The position numbers and the translations under genes are program-made. This document shows positions 1-14,557 of a stretch of DNA of 64,000 nucleotides, in pieces (position 1 is the first letter of the stretch; every line of letters begins with the position of its first letter). Source of the stretch: Centroscyllium fabricii. Its lineage: Eukaryota. The DNA lies in contig JBNRSN020000002.1 of assembly GCA_051313645.2 (NCBI GenBank), positions 525,202,001-525,266,000 on the forward strand. The letters are read 5' to 3'. Under the pieces are notes generated by a model. It did not search any database, was not told the origin of the DNA, and saw only the letters and a list, made by a program, of their open reading frames with translations.

Positions 1-125
1 GGATTCGGCTGTGATACCTTCCAGAGACGAATATCCGGCCAATACTCACTGTCAAGGCTCAGACGTGAATAAAGGCCACTCGAGCAAGGTATTGAAGGGC
101 AGCTGGTTCCCCAGAGATCTGAAGC
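1..125 (+). mobile_element. Unclassified short interspersed repeat; related copies at ~664-725, ~2420-2780 and, inverted, ~6225-6500
   Basis: Shared core GGCTGTGAT...GAATA(T/G)CC...ACTCACTGTCAAGGCTCA recurs at these positions. Confidence 0.6.
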
Positions 126-3100
126 CCACTGAGTGGAAACATCTGGTGGGAACGGGGAGACAAAATTGGGAAAAAGAAAAATTGTAATTAAAAAGGAAGT
201 GTGTCATCTCAGTCTGCACATTGAATCTCTGACAATGAAACTGAAAATATTATAATTAATAGGGGTTTGAAGCAAAGCTATTGGGTTTCAGAGAGACGAT
301 CGGATTTGCCCTATGTAGTGATCATTCACGCAACCGTATGAAGGCACTAAAAGCAGCATAGTTCATTCAGGCAGACTGTCTATGTTCATGAGTCAATTAA
401 TTTTCTCTCTAACCCTGGATGGCTGCAGTGGCATGGGTACTGAAAGTGCTCCAGAACCTGGCCCATGTGGCCACCCTTACATGTGTGAGTCTTGGCAGTG
501 AATGTGGAGCCCTGGCTGTTTATTAATCTCCCTAGCCCAAGGTGCTCCAATTCAATCCACCAACAAACTCCTCGTGGACCAGAGATTAAGTCTGGGGCCT
601 CTCGATCTGGATGGCTCTGTCTCTCACCGGGATGTACAACTGCCCAGGAAGCCATAGATCAAGCATCTGGCTGTGATGCCTTCCAGAGACGAATAGCCAG
701 CCAATACTCACTGTCAAGGCTCAAGCATTTTAATAAAATAACAGGTTCCCCCCACTTTCGCAAGGTGCCAGAGAGCAGCTGATGCCTGTGAAAGTGTGGC
801 CCGCGATTAGACAGTGTCTCTGGGAATGGAGGGGTGGGGGGGACGGGGAGGAGGGTAAACAGGAGAGAACTGGGAGGTGGTAAGTCTCCTTTAACAGACT
901 CATGCACTGGTTCAGTGAAAGATGCTCCAGCCAGCACTAACCTCAATTTAGGTATCAACTGCAAGGGATTTTTTTTTAAGCTTAAATGACATCTCACACG
1001 AGACCACACTCAGTGGCCTAACCATATGGCATGAAGTTCAGCAAAAACAATTAAATAATTATCAATAATTAATTAATCGGCAACATTTGACATAATCACA
1101 AATGGAGCATGGTGGTAATATAAGCGTATCTGTGCAATTGTGTCATATCACTGAAGAGTTTAAACTTACACCGTGTCCGCGTGTTGTCACCTTCTCTCTC
1201 TCTGCATGTCTATGAGCAGATATGACCCTACTGAGGTATCTTTTGCTAACTCCTATTTTCAGGGTCCTTCAGCAACCACTCGTTGCAGGCAAATCTTGGA
1301 GAAACCTCATCAGGAGCAGGGCCAGCTGACTGGAGTGAGAGGCAACTCGGCCTGGCCAAATGCAGCCCAGCCAGCCAACAGCAGCAGCAGGGTCTGGTGG
1401 AAGACAGCACCAGAACCACCCAAATGCATAAGACAGCCATTTACTTTACTCTTTGTTCCCACAGGCATGAGACAAAGCTAGCTTGGCAGCTGGCGCTCTC
1501 TGCCTCCGGAGGCAGGGCTGCAATGTAACGGGACATCAGAGTGTGCCAGGCCACTGTCCCGTCATTTCTGCTGAGCTGCCCCTGACCCCCCAATCGACGG
1601 TGCCAAGTTCATGTTTAGGTTGCTGACTGGCCCCAACCTCACTGGACTCACTTTATTTTAAAACACGTCACACAAAATAGAGGCCAGAAGTGACTGGTTG
1701 TGATATTGGTAGATAAACCCTTATATATGATGTTACTCTATCACAGTAACCCAGTGTGTTAATGCCCTTAGTTAATAGAGCAGACATAGTCATTTGGCAT
1801 GAATGTGTTAAGCTTATGTACAGTTTTTTATATATATGTGTGTGTGTATAGCATATATGTGTGTGTATAATATAGATGTGTATATGTACATATTTGTATA
1901 TATGTGTNNNNNNNNNNNNNNNNNNNNNNNNNNNNNNNNNNNNNNNNNNNNNNNNNNNNNNNNNNNNNNNNNNNNNNNNNNNNNNNNNNNNNNNNNNNNN
2001 NNNNNNNNNNNNNNNNNNNNNNNNNNNNNNNNNNNNNNNNNNNNNNNNNCTAAAAACAGTAGTGTGACTGACAGGTGAAACAATCAGCCTCCTGTCTTCA
2101 GTTACAGGCTGCTGTATTCCTGTACTGTTCAAATAGATCTGTGTGATCTTGCCGTCAGTAACTGCTCCATTTTGTGGGAGTGTATGCATGGCATCTCACT
2201 GTGTTGTAACTGTAAAATTACACCAATTACCCCGGCCAAGATAATCTACAAATCTTCCCAGTAGGAGCACTGTCTGTGAAAACAAGTGCAAAGCAATTGG
2301 GACCCCCTGCTTTAATTTCTGCAGGCCCTCACCATGTTTATCAAGAATCGCTCCCTGTCCAGACAGTTAACTCCCACCATCGCCCGGCTGTGTTGACCTT
2401 GAATTCCTCAATGTACAAACATCCCTCAAAGGCCTGCTGGGTAAAGGCACTGACTAATGTGGTACTGAGGCATACAGACCAGGTCCCAGGATGGACTACT
2501 GGTCTGTCCTCTGAGTTAAGTGATCTCAGACAAGGTTGGGTAGGGGGTCCCACAATGTATCCGATCATTATTGAGCTTGAAAGGGGAAAACTCAGCCAGG
2601 GTTCCTGCTCGTGATCACTGACCTCTACTGCATTTAAAGGGTGAGGGCAGGTGAGGGCTCAGCTGTGATAGCCTCCATGGTCGGATAGCCTACTGACACT
2701 CAGTGCCTAGGCTCATATATGAAGAATGGGCAACTAAGTGAAGTACTGAGGGCTTCCCGCACCAGTGGAGCTGTACGCCAGCCACAAGTCCCACTTACAG
2801 GGGAGGAGGAAAGGATCTATGTGGGTGGGTGGGGATTGGAATGAATAACCTTATTATGCCAGAGGGGTAATTCCATAGCTAAACCAGGACATTAGCTGCC
2901 ACCTCCCCCCTGCGCTCACCAAGAATCACACTTTCCCAGAGGACTAATTTTTGCAGCCCCTATTTTGGTTGATCTAGATCCTCTGCAGATGGCTGCTATT
3001 GGTGTTGAAATATGGTAGTCTCAAAGCCAGATAAATTCCAAACATAGGTTATTTGCCTGAATTATTACAGTCAAATTGGGAGATAATCTACTTTTTACAA

Positions 3101-3614
3101 ATGAGGAAGAGACATGGGGTGAGTGGCCCGTCTGCTTTTTGAGATCCGGGTGACACGCTGTCCTTTCACCGCTGGGACCTGCCGTTGAATCCAGCCCAGG
3201 AGTGGGTTAAAATCTCGTCTAATAACTGTGCAGAATGAGCTCTGCTTCCTGGTGACTGTGAATCTACAGCAGGAAGCTCCCCATTGTTTACCATGAACTG
3301 GCAATTTCATTCAAGAGGTCACAAGTATGGCGGGTGTAAGAATGGAAAATGTCCCACTGGTACAGGAAGTGCTGCTGGCAGCTTAGTACACCGAGTATAA
3401 CACTCGCACCTCCAGCTTAGACCCACTGCAGAATTCAAGCACCTGTACCAGTAATATCCATGGCAGTTCTCCTGATCTCTCGCCTGCCCTTCACTGAAAG
3501 ATGGGCAGAAATGCCGCAGGAACTGTGTCAACAGCCATTTACACCGATCCTCTGGGGTTTCTGTTGATTACAGTGAGCGACCGGCAGAACTCCCACAGAA
3601 ATTCCACCCCATAG

Positions 3615-3910
3615 TCTAGACTGATGCTCCAGCGCAGTGTGTAGGGAGTGCTGCATTGTCAGGAGTGCCGTTTCCTGGATGAGACATTAAACCGAGACCC
3701 TGAATCCTGTACAAGGTGCTGCAGCACTATCTGAGGGAGCGCTAGCCAAGATTCAACCCTCAACTGATCATTCATCTCATTGCTGCTTGTGGGAATTTCC
3801 AGATGCAAAATGGCCACCACATTCACCTATATTGTAACAGCTACCGCACTTCAAAGTAATTCATTGAATGCAAAGTGCTTTGGTAAGGTGTTATATGAAT
3901 GCAAGACTTT
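3615..3910 (+). mobile_element. Degenerate Deu-domain SINE (SacSINE1/AmnSINE1-like)
   Basis: GGATGAGACATTAAACCGAG ... CATTGCTG.TTGTGGGA ... CACTTCAAAGTAATTCATTG ... ATGCAAG tail, recalled from Deu-SINE consensus sequences. Confidence 0.6.
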
Positions 3911-4243
3911 TGATCTCGATGACCACAAACCAATCACAGTTTGATTTAAGTTGTAAAATGTAAAAACATAATGACCAGCTTTTAAAAGCTAAAAGGCCAT
4001 GCAGTATTCATAGGGTTAAATGCATTCCTGGCTTTACAAAGCAATTGAGTATCATTGTGCATTTAAGTTTTAAGATTGTTTTTACAGGGGCTATATTATG
4101 CAGGTAGGTGCATATATATATATATTAAGCTTATCTATGAAACATTGTGCATTGATGGCCCTCGCTAACTTTACTGGCCTGTGCAGCTATTTTTTTTTAA
4201 ATTGTACCGCACATTTTGTTATAAAGTATCCGTGTCTGTATAG

Positions 4244-4775
4244 AATTATAGAATGACTCAGCACAGACGGAGGCCATTCAGCCCATCGTACCTGTGCCAG
4301 CTCTTTGAAAGAGTGATCCAATTAGGCCCACGTACCTGCCTTTTCCCCAGAGCCCTGCAAATTTTTTGCCTTCAAGTATTTCTCCAATTTCCTTTTGAAA
4401 GTTACTATTGAATCTGCTCCCACCACCCTCTCAAGCAGCGCGTTCCAGATCATAAGAACTCTCTGCGTAAAATGTTTTATTCTCATCTCCCCCCTGGTTC
4501 ATTTGCCAATGACCTTCAATCTGGGTCCTCTGGTTACCCACCCTTCAACCACTGGAAACAGTTTCTCCTTCTTTACTCTGTCGAAACTCTTCATATGATT
4601 TTGAATGCCTCGATCAAATCTCCTCTTAGCCTTCCCTGCTCCAAGGAGAACAACCCCAGCTTCTCCAGTCTCTCCACGTAACTGAAGTCCCTCATCCCCG
4701 GTCCCATTTTGTTAAATCTCCTCCACATTCTCTCTAAATCCTTGACATCCTTCCTAAAGTGTGGTGCCCAGAATG
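4244..4775 (-). mobile_element. CR1-clade LINE 3' fragment
   Basis: ORF 4591-4803 (FWAPHFRKDV...LERMWRRF...SYVERLEKLGLFSLEQGRLRGDLIEAFKI) is the CR1 ORF2 C-terminus, followed by a CR1-type 3' tail. Confidence 0.9.
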
Positions 4776-4838
4776 GTTTCACACTATAAACGTGTGCAGG
4801 CAAACAACGCGCACTCTGTGCTCCTCTGTACTTCTAAA

Positions 4839-5064
4839 CAACGTTCCCTCTAATTTTTAATGGCCTATGTGCGCAAAAATGTTATGCCGTGCAAATTTGT
4901 CCCAGTGACAAAACATATGTATGCAGTGAATTCTTGAGCGCATGTAAATGCCAAATTATTAAGATAATTTTGGCGTATATTCTCAATTTTTTGTGCGGGT
5001 TTAATTTACTTTGTGCGCTGGTTGCATAACGTGTGCGCGCGCGCACAGCTTAGAGGGAACATTG
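4839..5064. mobile_element. hAT-type MITE (226 bp) in Pax2 intron 4
   Basis: 15-bp TIRs CAACGTTCCCTCTAA / TTAGAGGGAACATTG (1 mismatch); perfect 8-bp TSD CTTCTAAA at 4831-4838 and 5065-5072. Confidence 0.88.
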
Positions 5065-5182
5065 CTTCTAAACATAAAACGGCAGAGCCAGAGTGTATAG
5101 GGTTATGTTGATGAAAAAGGGGTTAAATTGGAGACATGTGAAATGATTGGCATTTCTTCCCAGGGTCTGTTTTCTCTCTTAC

Positions 5183-5268
5183 CGATTGTGTGGCCTGGTG
5201 CAGTGACTGTTGTCACAGGTCCATCCGGTGAGGGGTGGAAAGGCTGCTGCACTTTAGTCCGAATGATC
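5183..5268 (-). CDS. PAX2: Pax2 exon 4 ([28 protein letters not shown])
   Basis: gtttgcag| acceptor, G|gtaaga donor, 86 nt. [12 protein letters not shown]...TAPGHTI is diagnostic of Pax2. No exon 5 (VPSTASPP...YSINGILG) was found in 1-5182. Confidence 0.95.
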
Positions 5269-5964
5269 CTGCAAACAAACCATGAAATCACATCAATTCA
5301 CCTCAATGATCAGGGCGACTAACTCTACCTGGCCGCGGATAATCTGGTTGTCTGGCGTGTAAGAGGCCGAGGCTCCCCAGGCAGAACTCCCAGCGTCAAG
5401 GCTGCGTGAGGCGCCTGGTGCTGGGCGAAAAAGGATGTGATTTAATTGATCCGAGGCTGGAGAAAAGTTGAGAATTAGTTGCAAGCCCAGTAATGCAAAT
5501 GGAAAGCTATAAATTATTTGTGACAGGAATGCAATATTGCTGTAATGCTGCTCGCAAGCCTTGTCCTATCCCAGGATCCCTGTACTAATGACACTTTGAA
5601 AAGGGTTCGCTCCCAATGAATTTTAAGCTGATGGTGTGCGGGCCTGTTACAATCTGAGCCAAGAAACAGCGACTGTGGCGAACAGTAACCCTCGATAACA
5701 GTCGTGTAAAAAATTTATTTTTTATATAGCGATTTATTCCAATAATTACAAAAAAATGCTATTTTTATGGGGAATATGAAAGCTTATTTCTCACAGTGTT
5801 TGGTGCAATGGATTGTAAAAGCATCCAGTTAATAATTAAACGGGGTGGCGAGGGGGTGGGGGGGAAGGGACCAACATGTTTGAAATGTGTAGAATCCTCC
5901 TTTCTTAATGAAAGCGTTTGGGGGTTGCAAAATAATTAACACAAGATAGAGACACTAATATAAG

Positions 5965-6136
5965 AGAAAATGCTGGAACAACTCAGCAGGCCAGGCAACA
6001 TCCGAGGAGAGAAATATAGAGTTGGCGTTTAAACGTCGACTCAATATTTCTCTTCACGGATGTTGCCTGGCCTGCTGAGTTGTTCCCGCATTTTCTGTCG
6101 TTATTTCGGATTTCCCGCATCTGCGATATTTTGCTG
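5965..6136. mobile_element. Fold-back element, family B (Penelope-like terminus derivative); hammerhead core deleted at the centre
   Basis: Inverted arms AAATGCTGGAACAACTCAGCAGGCCAGGCAACATCC / GGATGTTGCCTGGCCTGCTGAGTTGTTCCCGCATTT; flanking direct repeat GATAGAGAC(G)CACTAA-like. Confidence 0.75.
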
Positions 6137-7881
6137 TCGATAGAGACGCACTAACGTTGTGTTAAATAATGGCATATCCCTTTGTTATTGTGATCCACCC
6201 CGGCCTGTTTGTCCTTTGCTACCCCCCTACCCCTCGCCAAGGCACTGACTGTCACTCAGAGACCGACCCCTTTGGTCCTGTCAGCCTCCCGTTACTCGAC
6301 CAAGTGGCCCTGCCTCAATGCGGCGACCCTTGACAGTGAATGTCATTGCAGGGCAATTCCACCATGGGGGGTTCGCCGCCGTGCCTTGGTGCCCTGTCCT
6401 GGGGGCACCTGCGCACTGTCCAGTGTGGGGCATTGTGATCAGGAGCAGGAGCTCAGCCCCTCATTGCTAGCCCAGGGCCCCGGGGCCAATTTGTGGTAGC
6501 CCCTACCCACAGCAGCCTGTCCTGAGTCCGGCTAACACACCGCCGCAGTTTTACAGGACCCTTTACCAGCTGGGCCATGGAGAGAGCTCGCTTTAAATAC
6601 ATTCTTCTGAACTCTAGTCCTTCTATAATGTTTTAAAGCTGACTGTTTTCCCTCCATGTTACTGCGTGACCTCTAACACTTGGGATCCCTGGTAGGAGTT
6701 CATATAAAAACAAGTCAATATACATCAAACACTCATTGATTTTAATGGCCACAAGATCGCCCACAATCTCCCTAGTAATGTCCTTGGGGCTACACGACGA
6801 AAGCTACAGGACTTATCAAAAAACATGTATCAATATTTTATTTGGATTTTCAAATTCCTCCATAACTGTTATTTGACCTATTGACTTGCGCCAGCCACAT
6901 AAATTCACCGACTTTATTCGGAATCCATGTCGTGGATATTGAATAAGCAATTTAGAAGGGTGAATTAATGAGCTGGCCGTTGCGGAAAATTCCCTGAAGA
7001 AATATTAAAATTGCTTTGAGTCGGGATCAATAGCATCGAAAGAAGGACTTGTTTATTTTTAATGGTTCTAATTCCTGACTGTAATGCAACAACAGAGTGA
7101 AGCCTTGTCTAGTTGTAATCTTTAAAAATTCATGCCGGGAGAGCGTTTAACTACAATGCGTACTTGCCAATGTAATGATCTGAGATAATCGGTGTATATT
7201 GAATTAAAAGCCAACACTGCAAAGCAACGCCCTTTCATTAAGACGAAAAAAAATACATTTAAGTGTATTTCTACATTCTAATCTTCTGTATAAACACCAG
7301 CCCCCGCAGCCAACTCGATTTCTCTCAACCCCACTCCAATCTAATTGAAGGTGAAAAGTTTTACAAACGTTCTTTAATGCGATTAATCCACACTTAGAAA
7401 TGTATCGCACACATATGTTGGACGCTGTTCCAATTGCCCTTATGAGCGACCGCGGTGCATGAAATGAAATTTTTTTTCCAGCCTTATTTTTTTAAACACA
7501 CACTGACATTTGCCGTCAGTCGCTTGCCCGGGATCTCCAGATATCTCATTGAAGTGCAATGCTGATGCCAGCACTGAAAAACAGAACACTGGACTGGAGT
7601 AAGGGACAAAGTTGGTTGCTGCAGTCCAGCAGCCTGGGCCATGGCACCCTCTCTCTCTCTCTCTCTCTTCCACATTCCCTTCTTCCAAGCACAACCTCCC
7701 TCGAAATGCACCCCGTCACGTTGCAACTGAGCGAGAAAACAGGATGCATTTTCCAATACGATTTTTAAAAACTTTTTTTTTGTTTCAACACACCCAATCT
7801 CAGTGATTGTTAACGTTTGAAATTTAAGAGAGAAAGTGGGGGGGGGGGGGGGCGAATTGTTACAAGGCCGGGATTGTTGGG

Positions 7882-8078
7882 AATAACAACAGAAAATGCT
7901 GGAAAAACTCAGCGGGCCAGGCAGACAGCATCGGTGCAGAGAGAAATATCGAGTCTGCGTTTGGGGTCGCGACCCTTTATCGATAATTCTCTCTCCACCG
8001 ATGTTGCCTGGCCTGCTGAGTTGTTCCAGCATTTTCTGTTGTTCTTTCGGATTTCCAGTATCTGCGGTGTTTTGCTAT
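7882..8078. mobile_element. Fold-back element, family B
   Basis: Same inverted arms as 5965-6136; flanked by direct repeat TTGTTGGGA. Confidence 0.75.
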
Positions 8079-9529
8079 GGTGCGGGGTTGTTGGGAGTTT
8101 AGCGACGGTCCAGAACAGCGAAAGCCCCAGGGTGCTGGGTGACTGGAGGCTCGGCTGGTTCGAGAGGGGAGCTTACACCCGAGGGGGCAAAATCCCAGTC
8201 TAAAATCGGCAGCAAGACCCCCTCCAGAATTAAGCGTTGGAGAACTGTTGTTTCAAACACCTGTTAGACGCTTGAAGAAGTGCAACTTGCAAAAAAAAAT
8301 CGAATTGATTTTTGTTCCTTCTCTGTATCAAAATGGATCTATTGAACTGGTTTTAATTTCATCACAAATGGCTTTTGTTCCCCGTCACGGTTATGAGGTG
8401 TGCATGGATCTCTCGGAGCCGACACCGCTCTCTAACCACTGTCAGTTTGTATTTTGCAATATAATCTGTGAGAGTTGTGGAGAAGCTGGGGATTTTCCTT
8501 CTCCACTCTTTCAAGAATAAAATCAGAGGCAAGGGACAATTGATTCATCTTTTTCCACAAGTGCGACTTCCGCCAGTCTGGCAAGAGTTTCACACAGAAA
8601 TAAAGTTGCCCCCAAAATTCAAACATTCTCTTGTTGCCTGACGCCGCTCATGTGCAGCGCCTCTGGGCGTTTTATTACATTGAAGGCGCTGTTTTAATAC
8701 AAGTTGTAAAAGTGTGGAAATGCCAAGGTAGAAATTTAAACAATTTTAGATCGAATTCTCTGTGCGTGTGACAAAATGTGCGGAGTCTCTTTCGCTTGAA
8801 TTACCGGTGTGGTGATATTAGTAGAATATCAGAGGACGCTGAAAGACGGTAAGGGTTTCGGTTGGGTGAGATGTCTGTAGATTAGGCAAAGGAAATTCAG
8901 ACTGGTCACCACCCCAGATCAAAAGTAAAGCCCAGAGAAAGAGGACACGGAACACCCAGAGTTAAATCTTGGCCGGACGAGGCCGAAATCCATCTGCGCC
9001 CACTGACTTCATGAAGGATTTCTCTATTTGTCCAATTTCAATAATTTCAGAATGAATCCGCGGAACTGGCTGTCGAATTTGTTAAAATCGGGCTTCAGGT
9101 TCTGCTAGTAATTGGGAGAGGTTACGGGCCGATGTGAAAGCTAGCTTTTTAACATGAAAAAACCCCAGGCTTTCTCAAAGTTAAAGAACATTTGTCCACC
9201 CCAGTCCAACAGCGGCACCTCCGCATCATTTCTCAAAGTTGTCAGTCTATATTCTTGTCAACAGAACTAGTTTTGGTCCCAATAGCGGCGGGTGGGGAAG
9301 AGTTTGGCGAGTTTTACGCTGGAGATGTGTGTGTTTAGGTCGGAGTGAGCTGGTGATTTTTCAGTGCGCGGTTTCACATGGTTGAACCTCACTCTGAACT
9401 TAAGACAAAGTGTGCATTCACAGAACAAGCCAGCTCCATTACTGGTAAACATGCTGGCATTCCAGCAGGAGCCCAGATTCGCCAGTCCGGCCGGGTGAAG
9501 CGTTTTTTATTTAAAGCGATGGGAAATAA

Positions 9530-10320
9530 AGAGAACACGGAGAGAAAGGGAGAGAAGAGTGAGAGAGGAGGGTGAGATAGAGAGAGGGAGAAAACAGAAG
9601 GAGAGAGTGAGGAGAGAGAGAGAAAAAACAGGAGAGAGACAGAGAGAGAGAAGAGTGAGAGAGGAGGGTGAGATAGAGAGAGAGAGAAAACAGAAGGAGT
9701 GAGGAGAGAGAGAAAGAAACAGGANNNNNNNNNNNNNNNNNNNNNNNNNNNNNNNNNNNNNNNNNNNNNNNNNNNNNNNNNNNNNNNNNNNNNNNNNNNN
9801 NNNNNNNNNNNNNNNNNNNNNNNNNNNNNNNNNNNNNNNNNNNNNNNNNNNNNNNNNNNNNNNNNNNNNNNNNNNNNNNNNNNAAACAGAGAGAAGGAGA
9901 GAGAGACGGAGAGAGAGAGACAGAAAGGAGAGAGAGAAGGAGAGAGAGACAGAGAGAAAGAGAGATAGACAGAGAGNNNNNNNNNNNNNNNNNNNNNNNN
10001 NNNNNNNNNNNNNNNNNNNNNNNNNNNNNNNNNNNNNNNNNNNNNNNNNNNNNNNNNNNNNNNNNNNNNNNNNNNNNNNNNNNNNNNNNNNNNNNNNNNN
10101 NNNNNNNNNNNNNTGTCATGCCAATAAAGCAATTTGAATTGAATTGAATTGAATTGACAGAGAGAGAGAGAGAGACAGAGAGAGAGAGAGAAACAGAGAG
10201 AGAGAGAAGGAGAGAGAGAGACAAACAGACTGAGATAGAGAGAAACAGAGAGAAGGAGGAGTGAGACACAGAGAGAGAGAGAGACAGAGAGAGAGGGAAG
10301 TCAGACAGGCACACAGAGAA
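9530..10320. repeat. GA-rich microsatellite with N runs
   Basis: (GA)n/(GAGACA)n tracts around N blocks. Confidence 0.9.
10114..10157 (+). mobile_element. 3' tail of a microsatellite-associated non-LTR retrotransposon (possibly Tx1/Kibi-like)
   Basis: TGTCATGCCAATAAAGCAATT(TGAAT)n running into a (GA)n tract; the same tail occurs inverted at 19220. Confidence 0.55.
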
Positions 10321-11493
10321 AATCCAAGTGATTGCTTTGCAGAGATTATGTTTTCTTCGGTAGAATAAGTTTTCAACTTTGCCATCTAAAATATACGACA
10401 ATAATTAATGGACCCCAGTCACCCGATGCGTCTTTGAGAAGCGGTCTCTGTGAATTCTGATTAAGGTTCTCGCTCTTTGCAAAGAACTCTGCGGATCTGG
10501 CTTCTTTCGGCGCTCCTTTCTCGGGCACTGCCCCTTCCCGTGTTCCCATAACCCACACCGACCACCCCCGACCCATGTATTTTTGTGTAACCCCCTCCCC
10601 CCCTCCCCCGGGACCCATTCCCAGCACCTACACTTGCTCTGTTAGTGGACCGCGACACTGGGGAGCCAGTGCCAGCAACTGCCCAGGCTGCAATCTTTAA
10701 ATCAATGTCCTCATAGACCCTCCTTAATAGTTTACATTTCCACCAGTTTGCAATTATATTAAACAGCGAAAAGGGCAATGCAGCCGGGTCTGATCCACCT
10801 GCCTTCCATTGATATCGCTGCATAATTCACCCTGGTCCCAGGTGAGTGCTGAAGGGGAGGGCGGCATTCCTGGTATTTGCTGTGTTTTCATTAGGAGCCC
10901 ATGTTTCAAAATTAAAATGACTTGTTGGCCGATTACATATACTGCTGGATGGCTCTCATCGCATTGCGTATTATATAAACAGACCCTGTCCCTGGCGTGC
11001 TTAGTCTGGCCCGTTGAAGAAACCTTGTTGTGTTTGCGACTGATTTTGTTTTGGGGACAGAACGTTCAGTCCCTCCTGACCGTATCAGCGAGGCAGATTC
11101 CTGTTCCCGGTGTTTCTCCATTGAGATTTCATTTGTCTTTATATAATCTGCCAGCTACTTCCTGTGCCACCGTCCCTCTGTCCAGCTCTCCTTCACTGGG
11201 TGTTCTCGTGGTGAGTTAGATTGGTTGAACGGCTGTTTGCTGTGTTTCTCATTATTCCTATGTTTACAGTGAGGGGCGGTTTGGACAATTTATTCTGCAC
11301 TTCCCTAAACTTCCTAATTAATATCCCACAGATTTACAGTTTGACGCACGTATTCTTGATGAAATATATCTACTTCCTGATTTCCCAAATACTAGCTACT
11401 GGGTTATAACTACATATAAACCTGATTATTGGGCCATAATATCTGCATCAGTTATTGGATAATTCTCTCGTGTTCTGCATTTATTTGTGTCTA

Positions 11494-11856
<363 letters not shown>

Positions 11857-14557
11857 TCAGCAAAGTATGGCTCAATTCCCGCTCCGGTACAGCGTTTAAA
11901 CCAGGAGCAGGAAATTGCATTAGACATTCGTTTGTTATCATTGAATAGAGGAATTATATATTAATTACACAAATGCTGTATCTCTTATATAATTAAATTT
12001 AAGGACACGACAGCAAAACTCGACCTCACTCGTTATTTACAGCCTCATAAAAAGGAGAGGGAACGGTAAAACGCAAAACAAATCACTGTGTGTGCGCAAA
12101 AGTATGAACCTATCCGTGTTACAGTCCTCCCTACTGTGAAAAAACCCCGTCACGTCGCTGGGAGATTAGAAAGGGAAAGGCATCGATGCACATCCTTCGC
12201 TTTTTTTTAATGGGGAAATAATTTTAGTAATAGGGTATAAAAATATGAAAAATTGATCAGACTTTTAGCACCGAATTCTAGCCTTTTGGTGAAGGAGCGA
12301 GGGGCTTGGGGGGTGGGCGGGGGGGCGAGAATCAGAAGCTTTTTCTGCTCTTCTCCCCGGTGTCTTCAGCCGAGAGAGCGAAATACAAGGAAGGAGGCTG
12401 CTGGAAAGGGCAGGAAGAGATTAGGGACCAGAGGAAGCCGAGAGATTTTAAGCACCGCCGCTGGTTGTGCCTCTGAAAGGTGGATTTATTTGTCTAAAGT
12501 CCTGAGGTACGGTTCGTTATATCTGCAGACATTAAAGGTCTTTATGTGTAGGGGTTGCTGCTTTTCAGCCCTCCCTGTATTATCTGATGTGAAACCTGAA
12601 TCCAGGCGCACATGTCACAGTGTGAACAAGGATTGGATGGCTGGCTGCCGCAGACTCTTACTTACCCCACTGTCACCTAAAACGGGCCTCCCAGCCTCAG
12701 TGTGTTTTATGGTGCAACAGGGCAGGTTAGATTGTTAAAACTCACAATAAGGGGGGGGGGGGGGGGAGACAGTATGTAGCGCGCTGTTTGATTTCCACGA
12801 TAAATGGAAGGTGAAATCTCACTAACCATCCAAGACCAAGTGTAATTCTAGCGCGGGTTTAACTTCGTGTAAGTGGGCTCAGCAACTACAGCGGGTTAAA
12901 CCAGGGAACGCGCTAAATAGCGGCGCTGGGATGCAACGCCAGCATCAATGTTTTATGCTATGGACTCCCAATGTGCACACTGGATATTGTAGAGTCTGTC
13001 TTTTAACACCCTTGAAAGTAAAGAGCGATTATGCCCAGAGTCCAGATTGGATAACATTGGACTGATTCTCAGGGTTCACTGGGACCAGTGGATAATACCA
13101 ACACCTTGTTTACCCCACTGTGCACATTCCCAATGGCCACACTGCAGAATAAGCGGTTTTAACTGCACGCATGCATTCACGCATTCACGGTGCACACTAT
13201 ACAGTCGCTGGTGTTGGGGCACTCAATGCTCAGCGTGGTACCAGCAATTTGAGAGCTTCTCCATTGCTTCCCCGATGCCAATTGCAGCGTGTTTCACTAC
13301 CAATACAATCATGACTTTTAGTTATCACTTCGCTCAATTATAATCCAAATAAAATCGCCATTCGGTTAGATTAAAATAGACAGCGAACAACAATTATTCG
13401 TTTGAAGATTTTAATGTCAGTGAATTGTGTGCCTGACTCCTGTTCCACTCGCAGTTCAGACCGGCATTCAGCTCACATGCAGTGAGTTTCTCAAAGGACA
13501 GCTCACTTAATGCTGAAACAATAGTCATTCAAGATTTTACACTGTCCCCAAGTTTTAATTTCCAAAAAAGTTGTTAGTGGTTTAAAGGCATCTTCCATAT
13601 CCGTTCAGCTTCTTTTTAATTGCTAAAATACCTCAGTAGTTACATTATATATATATACATATATGTGTGTGTTTGTGTGTGTGTGTATATAATTTTAGTG
13701 AAACTGCATTTCTGAGTAAATAAGTGGTTTGATCCTGGTTTGAAGGAACCTGCTACTCCCATGTAATGGGTCAGACCGCGGGGTTATACTCTTAAGGGGA
13801 CAGGGTAAATGAAAACGAACGAAAACCAACGCAATTCCACCTGTTCCACTGAAACTGCAACGATTTGCATAAACCACGTCAATCGCGCCTGGCAAGGAAC
13901 TACAAATCCGACCCCCACCCCTAAATTTATTCCACTTCTAGTCTGCAAGTGATTCCTTCCGTTACAGTCGATCTGATCTACTTAATGCTAAAATGTGTGC
14001 ACAATTAGGAGTGGCAGTTCTAAAATGCTTCGCATGTTGAACTGGTTTGGTGCTGAGGGGAGACTGTAACTGATGTCACATGTAGCCACCCACCCACCTT
14101 GTGTCTGTGTCAGTGTCTGAGTCTGCACTCGATTGTTCGCCCAGTGTTATTACTACGTCTGTGTGTGGGTGTTTCTCTCTCTCTGGATTGACTTTCTCAT
14201 TTACTTTGGACTTTTCATATGTTTCCTGAGGGTTCTGACATGCCTTAAAACTCTTTGGTGATTATATCCACACTTTTAATTTGAACAATACTGATTGTTT
14301 TTATTCCCGCTGTTAATTGCTTTCGTTAGAAAAAAAAATCATTTGAATTGTAGGAGGTCAAAACGAAATTGCTGATCAGTCCATGCTCGGGAGTAGATAT
14401 TGAGCATAAATTGATTTCGTTTTATGGGTCCTATCGCCTCTGTGTTGGAACCACTGACCAATCTCTCATTTTAATTCTGGGATTATATACACAAAATATG
14501 AATCGTAAAATCATTTTGTTAAGTGTTTCTTTCCTCTCTGGCAGTATCACCCCTCAC

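Noticed and set aside
9389-10401. Long Leu/Ser- and Glu/Arg-rich ORFs
   Set aside because: Translations of GA/TC microsatellite and N runs.
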